DNA of 64,000 nucleotides, from positions 33,326-97,325 of the forward strand of contig CASTSB010000003.1 of the NCBI GenBank assembly GCA_949451605.1. Reading direction: 5' to 3'. Below are positions 19,239 through 29,584 of the stretch, piece after piece. The position numbers were made by a program, and so were the translations under genes. The notes beneath the pieces were generated by a model. The model had not been told where the DNA came from. It worked only from the letters and a program-made list of their open reading frames with translations, and ran no database searches. Source of the stretch: an uncultured Bacilli bacterium. GTDB lineage: Bacteria > Bacillota_I > Bacilli_A > RF39 > UBA660. How positions within the stretch are numbered: position 1 is the stretch's first letter; every line of letters starts with the position of its first letter.

Positions 19239-20243
19239 ATGAAATTTTTAGTAACTGGCGGAGCCGGTTTTATTGGTAGTAATTACTGCCATTATGTAGT
19301 AAATAAATATCCTGAAGATTATTTTGTATGTTTAGATGCATTAACTTATGCTGGAAATTACAATAATATAAAATCATTAGAATCAAAAGAAAATTTTAAG
19401 TTTGTTAAAGGTGATATCACAGATAGAGAATTTATTGATTCTTTATTTAAAAGTGAAAACTTTGATGTTGTTATTAACTTTGCCGCAGAGTCTCATGTTG
19501 ATAATTCAATAAAAAATCCAGGAATTTTCTTAACAACAAACATTATTGGAACTCAAGTGTTAATGGATGCATCATTAAAATACAATGTTAAAAGATACCA
19601 TCAAGTATCAACAGATGAAGTATATGGAGATCTACCACTAGATAGGCCTGATTTAAAATTTACAGAAAATACTCCAATTCATACATCTAGTCCATACTCA
19701 TCATCAAAGGCTGGTGCTGATTTATTAGTAGGAGCATATCATAGAACTTTTGGACTTCCAACAACAATTTCACGTTGTTCAAATAATTATGGTCCTTATC
19801 AATTTCCTGAAAAACTAATCCCTGTTATTATTTCTAAAGCATTAAGAAATGAAAATATACCAGTTTATGGAACAGGTGAAAATGTAAGAGATTGGATTCA
19901 TGTCTATGATCATAATGTAGGAGTAGATTTAATAGTTAGAAATGGAAAAGTAGGAGAAGTTTATAATTTAGGTGGACACTCTGAAAGAACCAATTTAACA
20001 GTTGTTAAAACAATTTTAAAACAACTAGGTAAAAGTGAAGATTTAATAACTTTTGTTGAAGATAGAAAAGGTCATGATTTAAGATATGCAATTGATTCTA
20101 CTAAATCAGAAAATGAACTAGGTTGGGATCGTACTTATAACTTTGAAGATGGAATCAAAGAAACAGTTGATTGGTATTTGAATAATACTGAATGGATTAA
20201 TAACATTTTATCTGGAGAATATAAAGAGGCATATAAAGATTAA
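19239..20243 (+). CDS. rfbB: dTDP-glucose 4,6-dehydratase
   Basis: MKFLVTGGAGFIGSNY...FAAESHVDNS...STDEVYG...YSSSKAGADLL, a classical RmlB. Confidence 0.95.
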   Translation: MKFLVTGGAGFIGSNYCHYVVNKYPEDYFVCLDALTYAGNYNNIKSLESKENFKFVKGDITDREFIDSLFKSENFDVVINFAAESHVDNSIKNPGIFLTTNIIGTQVLMDASLKYNVKRYHQVSTDEVYGDLPLDRPDLKFTENTPIHTSSPYSSSKAGADLLVGAYHRTFGLPTTISRCSNNYGPYQFPEKLIPVIISKALRNENIPVYGTGENVRDWIHVYDHNVGVDLIVRNGKVGEVYNLGGHSERTNLTVVKTILKQLGKSEDLITFVEDRKGHDLRYAIDSTKSENELGWDRTYNFEDGIKETVDWYLNNTEWINNILSGEYKEAYKD

Positions 20244-20268
20244 GGTTCTAAAAATAGAATCTTTTTCT
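20242..20268 (+). terminator. intrinsic terminator (weak, one G-U pair)
   Basis: AAGGTTCTA-AAAA-TAGAATCTT followed by TTT, after rfbB. Confidence 0.4.
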
Positions 20269-20279
20269 TATTTAAACTA

Positions 20280-20288
20280 TGATATAAT
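20280..20288 (+). promoter_or_regulatory. extended -10 element TGATATAAT
   Basis: 16 nt upstream of ATG 20304, after the hairpin at 20242. Confidence 0.4.
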
Positions 20289-20303
20289 TGATAAGGTGAT
20301 TAA

Positions 20304-20960
20304 ATGAAAGAAAGAATATTTAATTATTTTTTAATTATTTTGGTTATAATTTGCATTTTCATATCTTACAACATAACTTTAGTAACAAATAATCAAAATG
20401 AGAATAAGATTCCAGAAAATATATTATTTTTAGGAGATTCTATAACTGCCCAATATGAATTAGATAAATATTATAGTAATACAGTTTATATGGTGAATAG
20501 TGGATTTAGTGGGTATTCATCTGAACAATTAAGAAAAGAACTACAAGAAAAAGCATATCGTTATAATCCTTCTAAAGTATTCTTATTAATAGGTACTAAT
20601 GATATAGAATTAAAAAGAGATGAACAGGAAATAATGGGTTATATAAAAGATATTATTGAGGGATTTAAAAAATATAGAAAAGACTCTCAAATATTTATAG
20701 AGTCAATTTATCCCATTAACAATTCCAATAACGATAAAATAAAACATGAAGTAGTGGGAATAAGAACTAACGAAAAAATAAAAAAAGTAAATAATTTAAT
20801 AGAAAATTATTGTAAAGAGAACGATATATACTACATTAATATTTATGACAAACTTCTAGATGAAGAAGGAAATTTAAAAATAGATTATACTAAAGATGGC
20901 CTTCATTTATCAGAAAAAGGTTATAAAAAAATTACAAGAATATTAAAAAAATATATTTAA
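20304..20960 (+). CDS. membrane-anchored SGNH/GDSL hydrolase family protein (probable extracytoplasmic acetyl-esterase/transferase)
   Basis: N-terminal TM. SGNH block I LFLGDSITAQ, block III IGTNDI, block V DGLHLSEKGY. Confidence 0.7.
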   Translation: MKERIFNYFLIILVIICIFISYNITLVTNNQNENKIPENILFLGDSITAQYELDKYYSNTVYMVNSGFSGYSSEQLRKELQEKAYRYNPSKVFLLIGTNDIELKRDEQEIMGYIKDIIEGFKKYRKDSQIFIESIYPINNSNNDKIKHEVVGIRTNEKIKKVNNLIENYCKENDIYYINIYDKLLDEEGNLKIDYTKDGLHLSEKGYKKITRILKKYI

Positions 20961-21012
20961 TATTCTTTTTTTTTAACAACTATGTTATATATAATATAAG
21001 GGTGAGGTACAA

Positions 21013-22125
21013 ATGTTAGACAAAGTTAGGCAATCAAATTATGAGCTAATGAGAATTACATCAATGTTTTTTATTGTGTTATGGCATATATTGTTGCATA
21101 CTGAAATTTTAAATAATTCTACAGGCTTATTAAAACAAGGTTCATTAATTTTATATCTACTATTAATGGTCCATACTAATAGCTTTATGTTGCTAAGTGG
21201 TTATTTTCAGTATAATAAGAAAAATAAAGCTAAAAAAATATTTGGTTTAATAGGGCATACATGGTTCTATAATGTTATTTTTATGATTATAGGACTATCC
21301 ATATGGAATCATAGTTATGATAAACTTACCATTTTAAGAGTAACATCTGTTTTAAATATTGGAGGATATTGGTACATAACAGGTCATGTATTATTAATGA
21401 TTTGTAGCCAAATCATTAATAAATATATAAATAACTCTACTAAAGAAGAACATAAAAAAGTATTAATAATCTTCTTTATTATATTTTCTATTATTCCATA
21501 TATAACTAGAAATGGAGCTATAGCTAATGATGGAAGAAGCCTAATACAATTTATTTTTATGTATTTAATTGGTGCATATTTAGGTAAATATCCTATAGAG
21601 AAAAGTTATCATTTCAAAAATAATTCTATTAATAAAAATAGATTAATTTATGTAAGTTTATTTTTTAGCTTTATGATAATAAATTATTTAATATTACAAT
21701 TTGGATATTCTTTGAAAAACTATAATGGTGCTATTATCAATGATATATATCAAACTATTTCTTACAGTAGAGATAGTTTTGCAAATCCTTTCATTATTTT
21801 ATCGACTATTTGCTATTTTCTACTTTTTGGAACATTAAATTTTAAATCAAAAATTATAAATAGAATAAGTTCATTAACTTTAGGAATTTATTTGGTTCAC
21901 GAAAATCCTGTTGTTGTAAATTTTTTATACAAAACAATTATTCCCTCTGTTAATTATAATGACACTTTATTACTATTATTTAAATTTATTATTTATTCGA
22001 TCATATTATTTATAATTAGCGGTTTAATAGAATTTTTTAGACAAATCTTTACAAAGCTTATAAAAAAATTAAAAATTACGAAATTTGTTTTAAATAAAAC
22101 CGAACAATTTATAAAAAACTTTTAA
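21013..22125 (+). CDS. acyltransferase family 3 (AT3) membrane O-acyltransferase
   Basis: SNYELMRITSMFFIVLWH N-terminal AT3 signature and about 10 TMs. Paralogue of the CDS at 29585..30703. Confidence 0.7.
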   Translation: MLDKVRQSNYELMRITSMFFIVLWHILLHTEILNNSTGLLKQGSLILYLLLMVHTNSFMLLSGYFQYNKKNKAKKIFGLIGHTWFYNVIFMIIGLSIWNHSYDKLTILRVTSVLNIGGYWYITGHVLLMICSQIINKYINNSTKEEHKKVLIIFFIIFSIIPYITRNGAIANDGRSLIQFIFMYLIGAYLGKYPIEKSYHFKNNSINKNRLIYVSLFFSFMIINYLILQFGYSLKNYNGAIINDIYQTISYSRDSFANPFIILSTICYFLLFGTLNFKSKIINRISSLTLGIYLVHENPVVVNFLYKTIIPSVNYNDTLLLLFKFIIYSIILFIISGLIEFFRQIFTKLIKKLKITKFVLNKTEQFIKNF

Positions 22126-22168
22126 AAATAAAGGATTTAAGTTAAAATAGAAAAGAAAGGGTGATAAA

Positions 22169-23686
22169 ATGAAAAGATTTATCAATTATATTAAAAAACT
22201 TAGTATAAAAGAAAAACAATTTTACTTAATATATTTATGCTTATCAATTTTTAGCATAACTTATGTAGCTCAAAAAAGTGCCGCTCATGGTATTAAATTT
22301 CTAATTATACTAGCTTTTATAGTTATATTAACAGAGATAGGAATGTTCTTTTTACTTAAAAAATGTTTTAAAAACAATTTACCATTACATAAGATATATT
22401 TAATTTTTGCTATAATTCTTGGAGGATTTTATATATTAGGATTTCCACCATCTCAACTTCCAGATGATACACCAGATTACTTAAGAAGTTTAGAAGTTTC
22501 GCAGTTTCATATAACTTCTATTCAAAAAGGAAAATCTGTAGGGCGTGAAATGCCAACAAACATAAAAAAAGTATATAAGGCTAAAAAATATAATGATGTA
22601 ATAAAGAATAAAGATATAAAATTAAACAAAGAAAAAGATTTTTTAACTTTTGCAAACAAAGCTTTATATGCATTCGTATGCTATATTCCACAAGCAATAG
22701 GTGTTGGAATTGGAGCTTTATTAGGATTACCAATATTTCTCCAAATAACATTAGGAAAAATTTTAAATTATGCATTATTTGTACTACTTTTATATTTATC
22801 TATTAAATTTATTCCAAGTAAAAAAATGCTTTTATTCTTTATAGCACTTTTGCCAATAACAATGCAAGAAGCTGCCTCTCTTTCTCCAGATGCTCTAACA
22901 ATCTCATCGGCAATAGCCTTAGTGTCATTTATATTATGGACTAGAAAAGATGGAAAAGAAAAGCTAAATACTAAACACCTAATTGTTTTAGCAATTTTAA
23001 CTACTATATTATCTTTATGTAAAATTGTGTATTTACCTTTATGTTTTCTAATTTTCTTAATTCCAGATGAATGTTTTAGAAGTAAAAAAGAAAAATATAT
23101 TTATTGTTCATTACTTACTCTTTTTGTAGTCATCATAAATTTAATTTGGCTGAAAATTTCCTCAGAATATTTAATAGCATTCTCTGAAAGATCAAATTCG
23201 AAAGAGCAATTAAAATATATTTTAAGTAATCCAATAAGATATTTAATAATACTTACAACAACTCTAGATGCATACTTAATGCATTATTTAGAACAGATGG
23301 TAGGACACTCATTAGGAGCATTCGTAGTATCTACTTCATATGTTATAGTTGTATTATCTTTAGGAATTTTAGCTAGCTTAATAGGTAAAAAACTAAAAGA
23401 AAAAGATAGTAAGGATATTTTTAATATAATAGAAAAGTGCTTTACATTTATATTAATTTTAGGAACAATAGGATTAATGTTTACAAGTCTTTATATGCAA
23501 TGGACAAGCGTTGGAGCACAAGTTATTGATGGCATACAAGGAAGATATTTTATTCCATTGTTATTACCTATAGCATTACTTTTTACGAATAATGCTAAAG
23601 AAGATAATATTAATCATAATATTGTATCCTTTGCACTTATTGCAAACATAATGGCGCTAGTCGCTGTGTTTACGACTTTTATCTAA
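22169..23686 (+). CDS. polytopic membrane protein, DUF2142-like / GT-C-fold candidate
   Basis: About 12 TM segments. First external loop has acidic PSQLPDDTPDYLRS, as in GT-C/DUF2142 proteins. Located inside the polysaccharide locus. Confidence 0.4.
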   Translation: MKRFINYIKKLSIKEKQFYLIYLCLSIFSITYVAQKSAAHGIKFLIILAFIVILTEIGMFFLLKKCFKNNLPLHKIYLIFAIILGGFYILGFPPSQLPDDTPDYLRSLEVSQFHITSIQKGKSVGREMPTNIKKVYKAKKYNDVIKNKDIKLNKEKDFLTFANKALYAFVCYIPQAIGVGIGALLGLPIFLQITLGKILNYALFVLLLYLSIKFIPSKKMLLFFIALLPITMQEAASLSPDALTISSAIALVSFILWTRKDGKEKLNTKHLIVLAILTTILSLCKIVYLPLCFLIFLIPDECFRSKKEKYIYCSLLTLFVVIINLIWLKISSEYLIAFSERSNSKEQLKYILSNPIRYLIILTTTLDAYLMHYLEQMVGHSLGAFVVSTSYVIVVLSLGILASLIGKKLKEKDSKDIFNIIEKCFTFILILGTIGLMFTSLYMQWTSVGAQVIDGIQGRYFIPLLLPIALLFTNNAKEDNINHNIVSFALIANIMALVAVFTTFI

Positions 23687-23691
23687 TATTG

Positions 23692-23717
23692 AAACAGTAC
23701 TAACACTACTGTTTTTA
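23692..23717 (+). terminator. intrinsic terminator
   Basis: AAACAGTA-CTAACAC-TACTGTTT followed by TT. Confidence 0.55.
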
Positions 23718-23804
23718 TTGATTTAGAAACTTAATAATGCTATATTAAAATTATAAAGATAAATATTAATACTTATTTTTAATACTAATTTTAAGGAGTA
23801 GTTT

Positions 23805-24950
23805 ATGAAAAAATTATGTGTCTACACATGTATTACAGGTAGTTATGATAACATTCATGAAATTGAGAACAAGGAAAGTGGTGTAGACTATTATTTATTT
23901 ACCAATAACAAAGATTTAAAATCTAATACTTGGAACGTTATTTATATAGAGGATAATACTTTAGATAATCAACGACTTTCAAGAAAAATAAAAATGTTAG
24001 GGCATCCACTTATTAATGAAAATTATGAAATTTCTGTGTGGCAAGATGCATCTGTAATTTGGAAAAAAAGTATTAAGGAATTTGTAAATACTTATTTAAA
24101 AGAAAATAGTTTTGCAAGTTTTAAGCATTATTTAAGAAACTGCATTTATGATGAAGCAAATGAATGTATTAGAACAAGAAAAGACAAAAAAGATATAATT
24201 TTAAAACACGTAGAATTTCTTAAAAAGGAAAATTATCCTAAACAAAATGGGCTTTGTGAAATGACTGTATTTATAAAAAAACACAATGATAGAATTGTAA
24301 GAAAAACTATGCAAGATTGGTTTGAAATGGTATGTAATTATAGTAAAAGAGATCAACTTAGTTTTATGTATTGTGTTTGGAAAAATGATTTAAAAATTGA
24401 TTTTATTAATCTAAGTGTTTGGGATAATCAATGGTTTACAAATAAAAAACATAATTCTAAACAAAATATCACTCATGCAAGAATATATTATGGAAATGAT
24501 TTAGAATTTAATCCACTTTTTGATGATCAGCCTGAATATAGAATTAAGTCAAATAAATATTCTATTACTTCAAAGGTTTTAACTGATACAAATGTTATAG
24601 AAATTGAGATAACTGATGTACCTGTAGTTGAATATAAAAATTTAAAAATAGAAGGACTAGAAATAGAAAATATTACTTATTTTAACTCAATTGATTATAA
24701 AGAAAGAAAGATTTTTTATTCTAATTCAGGTATTATAAAATTAGATGGAAAATTTAAAAATAATCAAAAATTTAAATTAGAAGTAGAACTTTTTCCTTTG
24801 GACAATGTTGAAAAAAATGATCTAATAGAATATTTAAGTATCGAAAAAATTACTTTAACAAATGAGAAAAATAATCTTAATCAAGAATTAGAAAAAATAC
24901 TTAACAGTAAAAGCTGGAAAATAACTAAACCTTTAAGGAAGTTTAAGTAA
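23805..24950 (+). CDS. DUF616-like putative glycosyltransferase with C-terminal extension
   Basis: CVYTCITGSYDNIHE...VDYYLFTNN matches the DUF616 N-terminal pattern. The C-terminal SKSWKITKPLRKF motif is common in polysaccharide-locus enzymes. Confidence 0.45.
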   Translation: MKKLCVYTCITGSYDNIHEIENKESGVDYYLFTNNKDLKSNTWNVIYIEDNTLDNQRLSRKIKMLGHPLINENYEISVWQDASVIWKKSIKEFVNTYLKENSFASFKHYLRNCIYDEANECIRTRKDKKDIILKHVEFLKKENYPKQNGLCEMTVFIKKHNDRIVRKTMQDWFEMVCNYSKRDQLSFMYCVWKNDLKIDFINLSVWDNQWFTNKKHNSKQNITHARIYYGNDLEFNPLFDDQPEYRIKSNKYSITSKVLTDTNVIEIEITDVPVVEYKNLKIEGLEIENITYFNSIDYKERKIFYSNSGIIKLDGKFKNNQKFKLEVELFPLDNVEKNDLIEYLSIEKITLTNEKNNLNQELEKILNSKSWKITKPLRKFK

Positions 24951-24961
24951 TAATAAATATA

Positions 24962-24970
24962 TGATATAAT
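24962..24970 (+). promoter_or_regulatory. extended -10 element TGATATAAT
   Basis: 22 nt upstream of the ABC ATPase ATG at 24992. Confidence 0.4.
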
Positions 24971-24991
24971 ATTAACAGCTTAGGAGGAGTT

Positions 24992-25735
24992 ATGAAAAAA
25001 AATGAAAATGAATATTCAATAATAGTAAATGACGTTTATAAGCGTTTTAAGCTAGTATATGATAAACCATTTACTTTAAAAGAAAGACTAATATTTTGGA
25101 AAAATACTAAAGTAGGTTATCATGAAGTATTAAAAGGAATTGATTTAAAAATAAAACAAGGTGAAACAGTTGCTTTAATTGGGGTAAATGGTAGTGGTAA
25201 GTCAACACTTCTAAAATTAATGACAAAGATAATTTATCCAACTAAAGGAACTATAACAACTAATGGAAAATTAACATCACTTCTTGAATTAGGAGCAGGT
25301 TTCCATCAAGACTTTACTGGTAGAGAAAACATTTATTTTAATGCTTCAATTTTTGGCCTTACTGCGAAGGAAATAGATGCACGCGTTCAGGAAATAATAG
25401 ATTTTTCAGAACTTGGTGAATTTATAGAAGCGCCAGTAAGAACTTATTCTTCTGGAATGTATATGAGACTTGCTTTTTCAGTTGCTATAAATGTTGATGC
25501 TGATATTTTGTTAATTGATGAGATTTTAGCAGTAGGTGATCAACATTTTCAAGATAAATGCTATGCCAAACTAGAGGAATTAAAAAGAAGCGGAAAAACA
25601 ATAGTTATTGTTAGTCATAGTTTACCTTCAGTAAAAAAACTATGTGATAGAGCAGTATGGCTTTATAAAGGAGAAGTAAGAGAAGATGGAAATACTGCAG
25701 AAGTAATTGAAAAATACTTGGAGGTGTGCGGTTAA
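24992..25735 (+). CDS. polysaccharide/teichoic-acid export ABC transporter ATP-binding protein (TagH/Wzt/RgpD type, short form)
   Basis: Walker A GVNGSGKST, signature YSSGMYMRLAF, Walker B ILLIDEIL. At 247 aa it has no C-terminal carbohydrate-binding domain. Confidence 0.85.
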   Translation: MKKNENEYSIIVNDVYKRFKLVYDKPFTLKERLIFWKNTKVGYHEVLKGIDLKIKQGETVALIGVNGSGKSTLLKLMTKIIYPTKGTITTNGKLTSLLELGAGFHQDFTGRENIYFNASIFGLTAKEIDARVQEIIDFSELGEFIEAPVRTYSSGMYMRLAFSVAINVDADILLIDEILAVGDQHFQDKCYAKLEELKRSGKTIVIVSHSLPSVKKLCDRAVWLYKGEVREDGNTAEVIEKYLEVCG

Positions 25736-25736
25736 G

Positions 25737-26504
25737 ATGTTAAAAGAATTATATCAATATAGACAATTGCTAAAAAGTAATGTTAGAAAAGAAATAAGAG
25801 GTAAATATAAAGGCTCATTTTTAGGTGTCCTTTGGTCATTTGTAAACCCTTTGTTGATGACTTTAGTATATGCAATAGTATTTCCTTTTTTATTAAGAAG
25901 TAGTCAACCACACTATACAACATTTATAGTTATGGCAGTACTTCCTTGGACATGGTTTACCTCAAGTTTAGCACAAGGTACAAACTCAATCCTAGTAAAT
26001 GGTGGAATAATAAAAAAAGTCTATTTTCCTCGTTCTATTTTGCCAATTTCAATAGTAACAAGTGGGTTAGTAAACTTTTTAATTTCGTGTATAATTATAT
26101 TTATTTTCCTATTATTTAGTGGTATAGGATTTAGTATAAATATTATTTTCTTACCATTAATTATTTTAATTCAGTATTTTTTACAACTTGGAATTATATT
26201 AATCACGTCAAGTATTGATGTCTATGTAAGAGATGCAGAATACATAATTAATTTCTTTGTTTCACTTTTATTTTATGCAACCCCAGTTTTGTATTCTTTA
26301 GATATGTTTCCACAAAAATTGAGTATGATAATGCAACTTAATCCTTTAGCTACAATAATATCTAGCTATAGAAATATTTTCTATTATCAAACTCCTCCAG
26401 ACTTTTTAATGTTAGGTTATGTTGCAATACTTTCTTTATTAGTTTTATTTATAGGAATAAAAGTATTTAATAAATTGGAAAAAGGATTTGCGGAGGAACT
26501 ATAA
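25737..26504 (+). CDS. ABC-2 type polysaccharide export permease (TagG/Wzm/RgpC type)
   Basis: Six TMs. ABC-2 N-terminus LLKSNVRKEIRGKYKGSFLGVLWSFVNPLL. ATG at 25737 follows the ATPase stop by 1 nt; the track start at 25707 overlaps the upstream gene. Confidence 0.8.
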   Translation: MLKELYQYRQLLKSNVRKEIRGKYKGSFLGVLWSFVNPLLMTLVYAIVFPFLLRSSQPHYTTFIVMAVLPWTWFTSSLAQGTNSILVNGGIIKKVYFPRSILPISIVTSGLVNFLISCIIIFIFLLFSGIGFSINIIFLPLIILIQYFLQLGIILITSSIDVYVRDAEYIINFFVSLLFYATPVLYSLDMFPQKLSMIMQLNPLATIISSYRNIFYYQTPPDFLMLGYVAILSLLVLFIGIKVFNKLEKGFAEEL

Positions 26505-27346
26505 TGAAGTTAGCAGGAGCAGTAGTCTTATATGAACCAACAGATGAAGATTTAGAAAATATCCCTTCTTATATTGATGATTTAGATATTTTATATGTAA
26601 TGGATAATTCAAAAGAAAGAAATGATAAGAGACTTCCAAAAAACAAAAAAATTAAATACATTTTCAATAATGAAAATTTAGGTATTGCCGCACCATTAAA
26701 TAAAGCAGCTGAATTAGCCAGAAAAGAAAATATCGACTGGTTGCTAACAATGGATCAAGATACTCATTTTAGCGATGGTGTCTTAAAGAAGATGAAAGAA
26801 AAAATAGAAGAAACAGATTGCAAAAACATTGGAATAGTAACTCCTTGGCATAAAACAAGGCTAAAAATTGAAAAACCAAAAGAAGATATAGATTATCCAC
26901 TTGATGTTATGACATCTGGAAACTTAGTCAATTTAGTAATTCATAAAAAGCTAAAAGGTTTTAAAGAATGGATTTTTATAGATGGTGTTGATATAGAATA
27001 TTGTCTTAACTTAAAGAAAAATAATTATAAGATAATGAGACTAAATTATCTGGAAATAGATCACAATTTGGGAGATATATTTTATAAAAAGTTTCTATGG
27101 AAAGACTTATTAGTAACTAATCATAGTGCTATGAGAAGATACTACCAAGTAAGAAATTATTTATATATAAGAGATATGTACATTGATAGTAGTTCTAAGT
27201 TTTGTAAAATTTTAGTAAAATTTAAAACTATTATTCTTGCCGTAATTTTATATGAAAAGGATAAAATACCAAAGTTAAAAGCTTTCTATCAAGGTTATAA
27301 AGCATACAAAAGAAACAAGAGAGGAAGGTCTTATGGGAAAAATTAA
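26504..27346 (+). CDS. glycosyltransferase family 2 (rhamnosyltransferase-like)
   Basis: GAVVLYEPTDEDLENI...MDNS...NLGIAAPLNKA...LLTMDQDTHF. Start overlaps the permease stop (ATAATGA). Confidence 0.7.
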   Translation: MKLAGAVVLYEPTDEDLENIPSYIDDLDILYVMDNSKERNDKRLPKNKKIKYIFNNENLGIAAPLNKAAELARKENIDWLLTMDQDTHFSDGVLKKMKEKIEETDCKNIGIVTPWHKTRLKIEKPKEDIDYPLDVMTSGNLVNLVIHKKLKGFKEWIFIDGVDIEYCLNLKKNNYKIMRLNYLEIDHNLGDIFYKKFLWKDLLVTNHSAMRRYYQVRNYLYIRDMYIDSSSKFCKILVKFKTIILAVILYEKDKIPKLKAFYQGYKAYKRNKRGRSYGKN

Positions 27347-29495
27347 ACATTTAGCAGAAAGAACAATAGAAACTGTAAAAAACGAAGGAATGTCATCTTT
27401 TGGTAAAAAGACAGTTAATTATATAAAATTAAGAACAGTAGCACGAAGTAAATATCAATGTGCTTATGGGGATGTACTATTTATAAATGGTTGTACATTA
27501 CCTCATCCTTCAAGATACAGAGTAGATCATCAGATAGAACAATTAATGGCATCAGGAATGCATGCAGAAAAAGTTTTTTATGAAAACTTATCTTTAGATT
27601 TATTAAAATATTTTAGATGTTTTGTATTTTTTAGATGTCCAATTACTGATACAGTAAAAGATTTTATTAAATTGGCCAAAGAAAACAATAAGGTTGTGTT
27701 TTTTGATATAGATGATTTAGTAATAGATAAAAAATATACTGATACAATTAAATTTGTAAAAAATATGAATAAAGATGATAAAAAGCTTTATGATGATGGT
27801 GTATTAAGAATGCAGGAAACATTAAAAATGTGTGACTATGCAATAACTACTACAGAAAGATTACAAAAAGAATTGCAAAATTATATTAAAGAAGTTTATA
27901 TAAATAGAAATGTAGCTAGTGAAAGAATGGCAGAACTTTCTATAAAGGCATATAAACAAAGAGAAAAGCATGATGATATAATAATTGGATATCTTTCAGG
28001 AAGTATTACGCATAATCCAGATATGGAACTTATTAAACCAACTATTATAAAATTAATGAAAAAATATAATAATGTAAAATTAAAATTAGTTGGAGAAATT
28101 GATATCCCTGAAGAATTTAAAGAATTTCAAGATAGAATTATTTTTGCTCCATTCATGGATTGGGAACATTTGCCAAAAGTGATTGCTTCTCTAGATATTA
28201 ATTTAGCTCCTCTTGAAGAGTCAATATTTAATGAAGCTAAAAGCGAGAATAAGTGGGTAGAAGCAGCTTTATGTCATGTCGTTACAGTTGCAAGTGACGT
28301 TGGAGCATTTAATAAAATGATCAAAAATAATGAAGATGGATTTTTATGCAAAAATGCAAAAGATTGGGAAGAAGTTCTTACAAAATTAATTGAAAATAAA
28401 TCTTTAAGGGAAGAAGTAGCAGAAAATGCTTATAATAGAGTAATCTCTAATAATATTACTACTTATTCAGGTCATGGTTTAGCTAAATTTATTAAATCTA
28501 AACTAGCAAGAAATATTGCTTTTGTACTTCCAACTACAAATATAAGTGGTGGTGTAAATGTAGTTATTCGTCATATTGCAATGCTAAAGAAAAAAGGTAA
28601 TGACGTTTTTGTAATTAATATGGATAATAATAGTAATGATATAGATAGCAAATGGGGAAAAGTATATGTAATAAAAAAACATAAAACAAAGATTGCTGGA
28701 CACATTGATACTGCAGTGGCTTCTCTTTGGGCAACCTTAGATTTTGTTAAAAAATTATCAAATATTAAAAATAAAATGTATTTAGTCCAAAACTATGAAA
28801 CAGAATTCGCCCAATTCGGAAAATACATGAGAATAGAAGCAAATGCAACTTATGAAGATGAAACAGGAGTAAAATATCTTACAATTTCTAAATGGTGTAA
28901 AGATTGGCTAGAAGATAGGTTTGAAAAGGAAGTTGCTTTTGCACCTAATGGTATAGACCTAAATCAATTTCAATTTAAGAAAAGAGATTTCAAAGGTAAG
29001 ATAAAAATTCTTATTGAAGGAAATAGTGATGATTACTATAAAAATGTCGATGAAAGTTTTAAAATTGTAGAAAAACTTGATAAAGAAAAATTTGAAATAC
29101 ATTTCTTATCTTATCAAGGAGAACCAAAATCATGGTATTATGTAGATAAATTTATGCATAAAGTTCCTTATGCTGAAGTAGGTCGAGTTTACCAAGATGC
29201 AGATATTTTAATAAAAACGAGTTTAGTTGAAAGTTTTTCTTATCCACCACTTGAGATGATGGCAACTGGTGGATTAGTCTTAGTAGTCCCTAATAATGGA
29301 AACATTGAATATATAAAAGATGAAGAAAATTGCCTTTTTTATACACCTGGTAATATAGATGAAGCAATAGAAAAAATTAATCGTCTATCAACTGATGAAA
29401 AATTAAGAGAAAAATTAATAAAAAATGGTTTAGAGACAGCAAAGAAAAGAGAATGGTCAACCATAGAAAATGATATTGTAAATTTATATAAATAG
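27333..29495 (+). CDS. two-module GT-B (GT4/GT1-like) glycosyltransferase
   Basis: Two GT-B C-terminal motif regions: NEAKSENKWVEAALCHVVTVASDVGAF and VESFSYPPLEMMATGGLVLVVPNNGNIEYI. Overlaps the upstream gene by 14 nt and has a GAGAGGAAGG RBS. Confidence 0.6.
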   Translation: MGKIKHLAERTIETVKNEGMSSFGKKTVNYIKLRTVARSKYQCAYGDVLFINGCTLPHPSRYRVDHQIEQLMASGMHAEKVFYENLSLDLLKYFRCFVFFRCPITDTVKDFIKLAKENNKVVFFDIDDLVIDKKYTDTIKFVKNMNKDDKKLYDDGVLRMQETLKMCDYAITTTERLQKELQNYIKEVYINRNVASERMAELSIKAYKQREKHDDIIIGYLSGSITHNPDMELIKPTIIKLMKKYNNVKLKLVGEIDIPEEFKEFQDRIIFAPFMDWEHLPKVIASLDINLAPLEESIFNEAKSENKWVEAALCHVVTVASDVGAFNKMIKNNEDGFLCKNAKDWEEVLTKLIENKSLREEVAENAYNRVISNNITTYSGHGLAKFIKSKLARNIAFVLPTTNISGGVNVVIRHIAMLKKKGNDVFVINMDNNSNDIDSKWGKVYVIKKHKTKIAGHIDTAVASLWATLDFVKKLSNIKNKMYLVQNYETEFAQFGKYMRIEANATYEDETGVKYLTISKWCKDWLEDRFEKEVAFAPNGIDLNQFQFKKRDFKGKIKILIEGNSDDYYKNVDESFKIVEKLDKEKFEIHFLSYQGEPKSWYYVDKFMHKVPYAEVGRVYQDADILIKTSLVESFSYPPLEMMATGGLVLVVPNNGNIEYIKDEENCLFYTPGNIDEAIEKINRLSTDEKLREKLIKNGLETAKKREWSTIENDIVNLYK

Positions 29496-29522
29496 AGAAA
29501 TTATTAAAATTTCTCTTTTATT
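29494..29522 (+). terminator. intrinsic terminator
   Basis: AGAGAAATT-ATTAA-AATTTCTCT followed by TTTATTTT. Confidence 0.6.
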
Positions 29523-29584
29523 TTGTTATTTATTTTTACATAAAATAAAAAATATGTTATAAAGATAATATGGGGGAGTTAATT

